This document shows, in pieces, positions 51,702-62,581 of a stretch of DNA of 64,000 nucleotides; position 1 is the first letter of the stretch, and every line of letters begins with the position of its first letter. The translations under genes and the position numbers were made by a program. The DNA comes from Tricharina praecox. Lineage: Eukaryota. Below the pieces are notes generated by a model. It saw only the letters and a list, made by a program, of their open reading frames with translations. It did no database searches and was not told the DNA's origin. Location: assembly GCF_024521635.1 (NCBI RefSeq), contig NW_026250409.1:496001-560000 (forward strand), written 5' to 3'.

Positions 51702-54564
51702 TTGGGTTGGGCCGGTTGAGATTGCCAGAGCCAGAGTAGAGTATCGAATTATTTTTTCGAAAAAGCAAAGAAAAAGAAGAAAAAAGGAAGAAAAAAAGAA
51801 AAAAGAAAAAAGAAAAACCACTTCAACAAGTGCCGCTAACTATCATCCCCGGGGAAAGGGAGATGGGGTGGGGGGGTCTTGATCGTGTTGAGCTACTCGT
51901 ACTCGTACAAACCCTCGAATGTCTGCTCTGCTAATTACTAGGGTAACCAAAGTTTTTTTAAGTTTTTTTTCCGTCCAGGGCCCCGTTTGAAGTTTCGCAG
52001 CTAAAAAATATTGATTTCCACGCACCTGCTCCAGAATAACGTCATTCACCTGGTAGGGGGAGCGGAGAGGGGGAGGGGGAAGAAAAAAATCGTATCTCAG
52101 GGAAGATTTTGAACCACTGGAATTATCGTCGATGGACTACATATTTTTGTTGCATATTTGGGGGGAGATGAAAAACGGTTACGGATTTTGTTTGCGTTCT
52201 TGTATTTACATGCCAAAAAACGGCTGTTTGGTACCTGGTCTGGTATAAACGTTTGGCGGCGTAACCCCCACTCTGTGAGACGAATGTCGAGTGAGAGCGA
52301 TTATGCAGTTACTCTACGCACCACCGAACCACCAAACAGTGGTACTGGTAGGCGGAATATCTTCCAAATCTCACTCGACCGCGAAGCACCATACGGGCCG
52401 CGGATTGATGATTGATGATTGATCCGAGAAAAGTGAACTCACGACATCAGTATGTTGCATCATACTCAGGCGGCTAGGCCGCTATTGAGCTCCGGGTGCC
52501 TCCCTTGACCGCCGTGCCGAACCATACATCTGCGAAGAAGGTGGTAGGACGGTTGAATGGCCCCGTTCGTAAGCAGTGGGGGTTGATGAATAGCCAACTG
52601 TGAGTTCGTAAGTATCCATCTCCACCTGTGACTTGTCTGCATACGAGCGTACATGGAGGAGGATGCCGGTATGCTTACTCGACTACGGAAATAGAAATCC
52701 ATAATTCGATGACTGATGTCTCGGATCACTCGTTCATAACCATGGATATCGTAAAGGATGCCAATCAAAAACAGAAAATCCGCCGGTGGGAATGATCAAT
52801 GGGCCCTCTCAGTCCCGTCACGTCCAAACTTTTTCCACCCCTCCCCCCACCACCAACCCCCCGCTCCTACTATGTACCACAACTTTGACGATCCTACGTT
52901 TCTATAGTAATCACATACGAGCACATATTGGATTTCCACCGAATACGGGTTGTCACACCATAACAACATCAATTATCAGGAAACGGAAGCGGAGTATTCC
53001 CTTGCACCGGGAAAGGGCGGATCTGGGAGAGATGGGGGTGGGATCGTAAACCATCACTGATACATATTTCCGGACAACTCGGAGGACGGTGCGTGGACAA
53101 AAGGTGAATAGAAACAACAAGACGACATGAAACTCGTGAGCATGAGAATCGGAAGGGAAACCCGTCAACTCGCACCGCGATGAGAAACGAAGGAACACAA
53201 CCAATACAGAGAAATAACGACGAAGGGGATTAAGGCCGCCCTCCCGCCCAAACCGTGACATTACGTACCCGTCTCAGTCAAGCCTCCATTCCTAACGTAC
53301 ATTGTTTACTCCCCGCACACTCCTAGCCGGTATGAAGTTCCAGCACGATTTATCTACCAGCTAATGGCAGAGCGGGGCTGGAGGCTCTTCCTTGCCAGAA
53401 CAGCGGGACCACTCGCTTAGATTGTATTTGTGGAGGCAGTGCTGTTCGACATGTTTCCTTGCCTTTTCAAGGAGGTATCTGTTCAGACTAAATGCCACTT
53501 GATGTAGCCAGCTGACAAAGAGATAATAATATCATTCGCCAAAGGAGCCGGCCGCCATGTGTGGCACGGGGAACAGCAAGTTGTCATAGGTTCCACTGTG
53601 GCAGCCCTCCACAAAGAAGGCAGTCGGCGGACAAACGTCGGTGTAGATTGGCCTGCATATATACAATCCATGAACTTCAGTTCGCCAACAAGGTAATCGA
53701 ACTCGTCACCTTGCTTGAAAATCCCATCACACGCAGCACAGCAATACATGCTGACTCCGATCATGCCATAATACGGGAGTAGGGATGGCCCGGATGGGTA
53801 TAAGCAATAAAGCATCGCTACCAACTTGAGGCCCACCCCCAGGCTTTCCCGCAGACTCCTCAACCGACTCGTAAAGCTTTACCGTAGCCTATTCGACCGG
53901 CCTGTAAGGCTGCAACCGTCCATATGGGAACCGGGGGGACAATGAACGAAATCCCATCAGGCCTAACTTTCCTACTTGGACGTAGTAGGACGTCGGTCAG
54001 GATGATATATAGCAGCCCACAGGTACTGTTAACCTCCTGGGAATCGAATAAGCAAGGCTCCCTGTTTCCCGTACCTCCTCCTTCTTCCTCCAAGTCGCCG
54101 TTGCCTTCGTTTTTTTGGTCATCGTTGTTGCCATTGTCTTTATTCAGAGGGCAGTGGTTGCCTGAGCGGTGTCGTTCAATTTGTGATCCTGATATGCCAG
54201 TAATGTGGACGTCTTTGTGGGTAAATGGATATAAATTGGAGCCCTACAAGTACTCTTGGGAACACTCGGCGCCTGACGGCGTCAATCGCGGCGGATTTCC
54301 CACCTTGCGTGACCGTGAACGCAAATATGATACACCGTGTACATAATCATTTTACTCGTCGGATGATCAGCTCCTCCCGTCGCAAAGTTGGCTATAGCTT
54401 TGCATGCAGATTATGTCCATACCACCATGTAGCATCCCTGACAGCAATCAGCTCATCCTTCGATCCTTCGATCCTTCCTTTTTGACAAGCTCCCAGCCAT
54501 GGTTGGGAATTGATTGATTACCACGGCTATCAAACAGCCCGACAATCCTCCGTCCGCAGTAACT

Positions 54565-54622
54565 ATGGCACCACTACCACTAATGGCGCCACTACCACTA
54601 ATGGCACCACTACCACTAATGG
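54565..54622. repeat. 18-bp tandem repeat (ATGGCRCCACTACCACTA) x3
   Basis: Directly visible. Confidence 0.85.
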
Positions 54623-56432
54623 TAGTAAATCAAAACCGGCGAAGTCTAAAACAACAACGCTGTATCGATCCGCCTTCGAGATTCTTCAGTTCCGTCTGCT
54701 GCATTAGCTGGCGGGAATGGCTGCATGGAAGCCGGGTATATATCTCATCGCACCATCGATCTCCACAACCACTCTCTACGAAACGGAAAATATGTCGTCC
54801 ATAATATAATGGCCTGTAGCCCCCCCAGAAGCTGCTCCTGGGTGGCCTCATCGTTCGAACCGTGCAAGCCGAACGACAAGCATCGGACGGGAGCCGGCGA
54901 CCACGGTTACCTATCCAATCGGTTGACTTCAAGTTGCAGAGATGCTGCAGACTGCATTGACCCTCTCCCCCAACCTGGTCGACGTCTGTTTACGGCCAAT
55001 CGACAAAACGCGAAAATATATTTCTGGACGCGGATGTATGTATAGTATTCGCTGCGGCGCAGTCAAGGGGGGATTTGCCAGGTAGACCGTTCTGGAGGTG
55101 GTAATCTCAGCTGTTTCTTCGATCATAGTGATGGCTTGTGCAGCGTGAAAGGCGTCTCCCCGCTGCCTGGAAATATCACGACGAATAGGTAGCATCAATA
55201 CGGCGATCTGTGAGACCTTTGACAGGTTCAGCTTCTGGGACGGTATATAGATCAGCGAGAAGGTAGATAGCTTGCACCGCTTGGAGCATTCAGCCGCCAG
55301 CGGTGCGTCCTGTTCAGACGTGGTAATGTAGAACGCAGCAGAGAAATTTCATGGAGCACTTAGACGGTGGCATACACATGTAATATGGTTGATAGTAAGG
55401 GCTTCTGGGTGTGGAGAGCGGTGGTAGGGATTGGGTGGAGGGGAGATGCCGCGCAGACAGCTCCCGCAGCAGATGATATGCGCTTAGCATAGTACCTGTC
55501 ACGTAAAAATCCAGCAAAGATCCTTGATTAGGCGTCAGTTACCAGATCGAAAAGCCGCACCGCGCTGTGAGGTGTGGCTCCTAAGTGGAGTTTTACGGTA
55601 GTTATGTATTCTGCATATGTACGGGTGCCTCACAGACGCCTACAACAGAACACATCTAGAAGAGACAAATGAGGAAGGGGAAGAGGCACAACTTCTGACG
55701 GCAACTACGGAGTAAAGGTATCGTATCTCCGCCGTATAGACCTCCGTAGATGGATCCGCTTTCCCGTCCTGAAGGACTGGAATGAGGTCTGATTTTGTCA
55801 CGACATACCTTACCTAAGTAAGTAGTAAAAACTCACTTGAGTGTCACACCTCTCAGCGTGAGACTGCTATTGGATAGCTCTGATCTTAAATTGAGATCTT
55901 CGCTGGTTTCTCGGAATTCAAATGATGATTTTCTAAAAGAGATTTTCCTGCGCAGGAGGATTTGGGAGCCAAGCCCGAAAATCAACCACCAGCAGTATGA
56001 ATCTTTCAGGTGAGTTTTACAGTACTAGTTCTAGGAGGGAGTAAAATGGACGGCTATTCCTGCTGGACGGATATTGGTATCATATCAGGACCTACAAAAC
56101 ACCTTTTTTCTAACTGTATTGATATATAACATGTCACTGCCATTTTCTCAAAGGTATGGTAGCACTACCACAGCTCTTACCCCTTTGGACTAGGTATACT
56201 ACTATAGTTAGTAGGTACACTACTTAGGTAAGGTACACGTGCAACGACCCAGTCCGCATTTTGATAAAGAGAAACCGAAAAACAATAATCAAACCCCCGG
56301 GAGGAAATAAACAAAACGGAACGCGAGCTGCAACCCATGATATTGAACAGAAGCTACCTGCAAAGGACAGAAAAATAACACCCGTAGTAAAAGATCCACA
56401 CAATGAAATTACGGCGCAGAAAAAGAAGTAGT

Positions 56433-59400
56433 CTACTCGTCATCAGCAGCAGGTGCCGTCGTGGTTTGATCCTGCATCTCTACGTCATCTGCCTTCACGA
56501 CAGTGGCCGCATCTTCTTCGACTTTGCCGGAAAGATCATCATCCATCTCTTCGTCCTCGTCGTCACTGACAGCTGCCCTCTTCCGGTTACGCTTCTTGTC
56601 AGCCGCGGGATTAGAGGCGGCGGCAGCGGCGTCGAGCGGAGCGGTAGGGGCGTCAGTGACAACGTCATCGTCCTCGTCGTCAGAAGAGTTGACAACCTCA
56701 GCACTCTTGAAGTTCCCCGAGTCAGCCTGCCTGTTTCCGCGGGTAAGCTTCTTCCTCTTCTTCGACGGCCTCTTTGGTTCGTCGCCACTTTCGGCTGCGG
56801 CCGCACTACGACTACGGCGGGTACCGCTAGGACGTTCCTCTCCAGACTCGTCATCAGAGTCAACAAAGTCCTTCTTCTTTCTGCGGCGACCTTGGAGCCT
56901 GCCTTCTCCCTCTCCACGCTTGCGTCGCCGTCCCTCTCGGAGACCTTCCTCGCGTTCTTCTCTCTCACGCTCCTCGGCATCTTTGCGCTCAGCGTATTCG
57001 CGTGCCTGCTCGATCATGCGACGTCGCTCCTCAGCAACCTTGGCCTTGGCCTCCTGTTCACGACGTTGCGTCTCCTCCATCTGTTCCTGGCGGCGTCTGA
57101 GATCTTCGTCGCGGCGTTTACGCGCTTCGGCGAGCTTGGCAGCGTTGCGGTCCTCGTACTCCTTCTGGGTTACAATGGCTCGGTCCAACTGCTTGCGCGT
57201 GGTCCGGCCCATATTGGCACGTGCCTCGATGTCCTTGGGTGGGTACGGCGGTGACTTGTGCGCCGCTACCGTCTTGAATGTTCTGTTGAATCCCAGCAAT
57301 TAGTTCTCTGTACTTCTCAGACTTCCCAATTTTGCCAAGTATTGGGAGAAGCTAGTAGGGAAGATATGGGGAACAAAAAACCCCGCGGCATGCTGAGATC
57401 CCGATGACCTGGATACCTCATCGCCGCGGACGACCGGCGGGTGAGACTGGAATACCTAGGACGGCAGGGGCATAGTGATGCTGACGATCGCCGACCCGTC
57501 CCCCTTAAGACCGTCCGCGGATATCCCAGTTGACTAGCGGCCATGCCACGTGTGTCCGGGAAGAACACCGTGTGCAAGAGCTAACCCGTGCAAGGAGGCA
57601 AAAGCGGGGCAGCGGGCAGCGGCGGAAGAAAATCAGATAACAAAATGGATCGATGACTTACTGTACGGCTTCGTCGAGTTCTTTGGCTGCAGCCTCCATT
57701 CCGGTCACACTCCGCTGAGTCTCACTGAGCTGCAAGATCTGGGTAACCAGTTCGCTCTGCACAAATGCCACATTGAACATGAAGACAGGGTTGTCCTTCA
57801 CAATTTCGGAAGCCTGTACGAGACGCATGTCAGCGGGCGGATCATTCTCACCGGAATGCGAACTAACCTTTTTGGCGTACTCCAACGAGTTCTTAAGACT
57901 CTCGAAAGCTCTTTCCGGCTCCATCTTGCTCTCTTTCTTACCCTTGGCATACCACACTCTCCCGAGACAGCTGAGGATATTGGGATCTCGGCCTTGATTG
58001 TGCTTATTGAGGGCCGTTTCGTACTGTCGTGGCACATGGAGTTAGCGATCATGCCGTACCGAAAAAAGATCAATGAAGAATGCGGGCCTGAATATGCAGG
58101 AACACGTTCGAATAAACCCCCATGTGATGTACACCAATGATTATCCACACGAATTGACAAATAGAACGTGGGCATGGGTATCAAGCTGAGCGATATGTAT
58201 GTCAGACGCAGGGGAATATCCCGCAGTATATCGAACCGACGCCGAGAAAACAAGGTTATCTTCATAGACATGCCACAAATCCCCAGATAGGTGACACATG
58301 GCGTGAGTGGGGATGGTCAATCGCGTAAACCGGCGCGCAATCACGCCTCGTCAGAGACGTTGTGCCACAACAGTAGTGACTTGCACATATTGCAATGCCC
58401 GCACAGGCCAGAAACCCCCCGCCGCAATATCGAGGTATTACCTGGTACCACTGTGAAGTGGTGCGGGTATCACCGGCGCCTACGATGCGAGACGGCGTTC
58501 CAAACCCGTGCGCAAGGCCAGGTGTCGAGAAGGAAAAAACTCAATCCAAAATTGGATTGGGAAAAAAAAAGGAGAATGTAAGAGGAAGCGACTTTGAGGC
58601 AGGGAAAACAGAAACGAGTGAGATAGAAAATAGGGGCGGACAAGAACTCACCATCTCAATCGCTCTACCCCACTGCTCCAACCCCGCCAGACAGTGTCCT
58701 AGATTGACCACCGCGTGTCCATCATTGGCTAGCGTCTCCCGCACTTTCGTCAAGACACCGACCGCATTTCTGAGGTCCTTCTTGTCTTCAATCAGGGCAA
58801 TTGCGATTCCTTGCGCGGCATAGGCATTCTTCGGATCGAGCTGTAAGCACTTGTCGAAGAACTCAACAGCCTTCTCGTACGTCTTCCTCCTCTTTTCCTT
58901 ATCTGCTTCCGAATTTCGTGGCATTTCTCGGGCGGTATGGAGGTACAGGTTTCCCATTCCAGCCAAAGAGAAGCGATCGTGCTTGTCGTATTGCTGAAGA
59001 GAGTGCTTGTAGTGCCGCTGCTCTGGATCCTCGGCGATGTTGACCGGAGGTTTTCGCTTCTGCTTGCTCAAGTACCAGCCATACAGAGCCCGAACCTCGA
59101 GGTTATTACCGTCCAACTGCATCAGCTTCGAGATCATCTTAGGGCCTTCCGCCGAACCACTCCGCAGAGCCATGTACGCAAGACGCATATTGGCATCCAC
59201 GTAATCGTCGTGGAACTGAAGGAGCTGGTTGTAGTGCTTGGTCGCCTGCTCAAAGTTTCCCGCGGCTTCTTCACACCGGCCAAGGTTGTATGTGAGGGTC
59301 GTAGCGAGCGCATCAGCATCCAGATGTTCGTCCTTCTCCTGGTAGAGAGGAATCGACGTGAGTGCCTCTTGATACAACTCTCGTGCCCGATCGTAGTTTT

Positions 59401-61109
59401 CCTGGTGCCAATAGAGCGTAGCCATGTTGTTGATCAACTGGATTGGAACGAGAAGATCTTCGTCCGTGTCCTTGACTTCGGTGTAGATCTGATGTACAGC
59501 TTGCAAGCACTGGAGAGATTTCTCTGGTTGATCGTGTTCGTACAGTCGAGCAAGCGTAAGCAAAACAGCCTCGTTCGCTGGATCGGTCCTCTTGTCGTTC
59601 TTCCAGATGTTCCGTACACCTTCCAACAGCCATATCGCCTTCTTGTGAAGCTCGGTAATATCCTCCTTCGATCCTGTGAACCCGGACCGCGGGATCGCTG
59701 ATAAGACGTCGTGCGCGTATAGTGTGCCGAGAATCGTCTTAGCCTCCATGCATTTTTGGTTTTCTTGGACAATCGCCTCAAACGTGAGCTTCGCGGATGA
59801 CAGGTCCTTCATCAAGACCTGCACCTGGCCAACACCGATCTTGGCTGGCAGCCAACCACCCTCTCTCGCTTGATCACTCTTCCGATAACATGTCAATGCC
59901 GTCTGGTATTCGGTTTCCGCGTGAGCCTTCCTTCCTAGGATATACCAGCCATCACTCGTCACACCCGCAACATCACTGTACTCGATTGCCTTCTTCGCGA
60001 GCGTTTCACACTGCTGGAATCCCTTTTTGGAGAAGAAATGAGCAGCGAAAGTTGTGCACGCCATTGGGAGGTTCTTATCGAGCTTGTATGCTTTCTGCGT
60101 ATGGTCGATGATTTGACGATAACTCTTACCCCAGTTGGGGTCGTATTCGGACAGCGTAGACGTTATGTATGTGTAGTACGCTGCCATCAGGACATGAGCT
60201 ACCTTGGAGTCGGGATCAATCTCCAGTGCTCTCTCCCAGGCGGCCTTGGCATCGTCTTTAAAGCCGAGACTCCAAAAGCACATTCCGATGCCTATCCGTG
60301 GGTCGGGGTCCATATCAGGGCGCTTCATAAGCACCTCTTGATAGGCCTCAAGCGCTTTATCGTATCGCTTCTTGCCGTAAAAAACGCGCGCTTTGCCCAT
60401 TGTCGCCAGCATGTTGCCCCCCCGAGATGTCCGTATGGTATCATCGAAGATCTTCATCGCCTGGTCGAGGTGGTGGTTTCGCTCGTTGACGTTCTGGGAC
60501 GAAGTCTTGAAGATTGAGTAGATACCACGAGCGAGTGCGTTAACCGGCGCCGAGGGATCTAAACGCGTCGACTCGTTGAGAGTCTGTGTAGCAAGCTGGA
60601 GGTAATGCTCCTTCGTCTTGACCTCCGCCGTGTAGCCATTGGCATCTGCGCAACCGTCAGTGCACTTATTCCTACTCTTAAGGGGCAAACGGAGTCATAC
60701 CAACAGTAGAACCGGTCCCAGTCCTTCCAGCCTCTCTACTCCTCTGCAAGAACAGCCATGTGAGGCAGTTCAGCATCGGCAGCTTCTCGTTTCTGTCGGT
60801 GACCGATGCGCGCGCCTGCAATCCTTTTGTCATAATCTCGATCGCCGTCTCGACCTTGTTGTGCTTCGCATACGCAAGCGCGATGTGCATCCAAAAGCGG
60901 CGTGGCGAGTTTTCGTTCTCGAGCAGTGTGCACAGCTCCGTAGGGTCGTCGGGGAGCGCGTCCGGGTCCACCTCGACAACCGCGGTCTCGTCGTCTTCAT
61001 CGTCGTCACCAGCAGACACGGGAATGTCGATACTCGCGGGAATGTCGGCAAAGCGCTTTCGCCGCAATGTGGAGGCCCCGTTGGAATGACCGTTCATGGA
61101 CGACGCCAT
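56433..61109 (-). CDS. CTR9: Ctr9, TPR-repeat scaffold of the Paf1 transcription elongation complex. Exons 61109-60701, 60645-58652, 58023-57868, 57813-57662, 57282-56433
   Basis: N-terminal IDIP...LPDDPTELCTLLENE, many TPRs (DPRIGIGMCFWSLG, HYKHSLQQYDKHDRFSL, LDPKNAYAAQGIAIAL), and a charged C-terminal tail ending in KSAEVVNSSDDE. Four GT-AG introns of 55, 628, 54 and 379 nt keep the frame. Confidence 0.95.
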
Positions 61110-61423
61110 GACCGGTAGCAGTGATGGTGTTAGGTTCGAGGTGGCTAATCTTCAATGCAAGTCGCGCAAAGATATCATGCGTGTATGGTGGGTCGCAGGC
61201 GATGTATTGAGCTTGCAAAGCTTGAAGAATGTGTATTAGGGTAAGGAGAGTGTGGTGGAGGAGAGTTGTGTGGTTATTGGGTGATGTTGCTGAAGCCAGA
61301 ATAATAACCCGCAAGACGCCCGTCGCGCAGCGGCTCCTTGAGGGCCGGGTTACTTGCGCTAGCGCGTATCGCCAAGACACTGCGTTCCAACTGAACTAAA
61401 ATGAGTGCTATCATGAGTCATTC

Positions 61424-61465
61424 TACTCACACGGCCGGAAATTTTGGCCCAACCCCGTGTGAGTA
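61424..61465. repeat. Short perfect inverted repeat TACTCACACGG...CCGTGTGAGTA (possible minimal transposon footprint)
   Basis: 11-bp perfect arms with a 20-bp spacer and TA at both outer ends. Confidence 0.6.
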
Positions 61466-62254
61466 CAATTGGAGACAAAACATATAAACTTCGATGAAGG
61501 CTAGAGACTGACACATCTTACATATTACAAGCGACGGTCACACTGGAAATGTACCAAATTCTTTTGACGAGCTGGTAAGCATACCCTGACGAGCCCACGC
61601 CGAGCTTTGCTTTGCGAGATATGGCCCGGAGGAGAAAAAAGAAAGTGTAAAATCAATGACGGCGTAACTATTTTTTTATACGATTCCGCAATAAGGCGGT
61701 ACCGAAGCGTCAATCGCAGCACCAATACTCTACCGCCTGGTCGCGAGATCGTGTGAGACTCTGGTACTGGGTTTCACCGTTTTTTTTCCTACTGTACATT
61801 CCAAGGACTATGGGTTCGATTAAGGGAGAAAGCTATGAACGTTAATCACACCGAGGAAAGTAAATGTACGAAAGAGAGGAGGAGGAGCAGGAGCAGGAGG
61901 AGGAGGAGGAGGAGGAGGAGGAAGAGGAGGAAGGAAACCAAAACAATGTGCATCTGCGGACTCTATGGGCTCGTGTAAAGGGGGTCGGTTGCTACGATGA
62001 AGACATGATCATGTTGTTTGACGAGTGAGTGCCTGTGTCCGCCACACCGGCGGTGTCAGGTTCCAATCCGCCATTGCAGGAGGCATCACGAAGGATTGAC
62101 GAAGCCTCACGATCCTAGACTCTTGGAACAATCCAAAAGCAAGTATTATTATACCTATAAGGGTAGTGGTGTGGCGTTTTACGGTGGCGTTTTCCGTGGC
62201 TCAACCCTAAGTTTCCGACCGTCGGATTTAAATACGCCCTGACCGCAACGTACA

Positions 62255-62350
62255 TACTGTATAGTGAAGGGGAGGGTAAAAAATACGCTTTGTGACCGTA
62301 CCGATAGGCCAAAAAGCGTATTTTTTACCCCCCCCCTTCACTATACAGTA
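62255..62350. mobile_element. ~96-bp MITE-like foldback element, Tc1/mariner-like
   Basis: ~37-bp arms TACTGTATAGTGAAGGGGAGGGTAAAAAATACGCTTT and AAAGCGTATTTTTTACCCCCCCCCTTCACTATACAGTA differ by one mismatch and one indel. TA at both ends. Confidence 0.75.
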
Positions 62351-62581
62351 CATACTTAATAAGTATGTAAATGTAAAACTTATGTTCCGCAAAACCTGAT
62401 TCGGCCGATAGGTACATCATACATCACGGTTTCATCGACCATAGCGACGCAACATCATACGGCATCTGTCAATGTATTATCACTCGCTTGGTGGGTCAGA
62501 TGCACGCATAAATATCAGTGGTCATCCGTCTCCCCTCCCCACCATCTCTCCGCCCTCTGCGCCCTCTCCGCCCTCTCGCTT

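Noticed and set aside
37700..52000. Many short ORFs with repeated peptides (PKY, MCDVRCA, MDG) as candidate repeat-peptide precursors
   Set aside because: No signal peptides, Kex2 sites or codon bias. Repeat units such as 7 and 10 bp are not multiples of three, as expected for slippage repeats.
56403..57303. Long + strand ORFs opposite CTR9 (likewise opposite the citrate synthase, WDR70 and DUF89 genes)
   Set aside because: Antisense shadows of GC3-rich coding sequence.
57385..57430. TPP-riboswitch-like words (GCTGAGA...GACCTGGATA) in the CTR9 intron
   Set aside because: They lie on the antisense strand, the conserved TGATC...GATAAT...CCAGCG core is missing, and the host gene is unrelated to thiamine.
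58168..58222. snR30/U17-like m1/m2 motifs (ATATTCC, ACCCAT)
   Set aside because: Both are imperfect and no ACA box follows the hairpin.
5383..61109. Functional clustering of WDR70 and CTR9 (both linked to H2B ubiquitination), or of MID1, alpha-actinin and the CRIB gene (polarity)
   Set aside because: They are separated by unrelated genes and tens of kb. Nothing in the sequence shows more than coincidence.
62200..62212. CAACCCTAA as a telomerase RNA template or telomeric seed
   Set aside because: Single imperfect occurrence with no supporting pseudoknot or repeat array seen.
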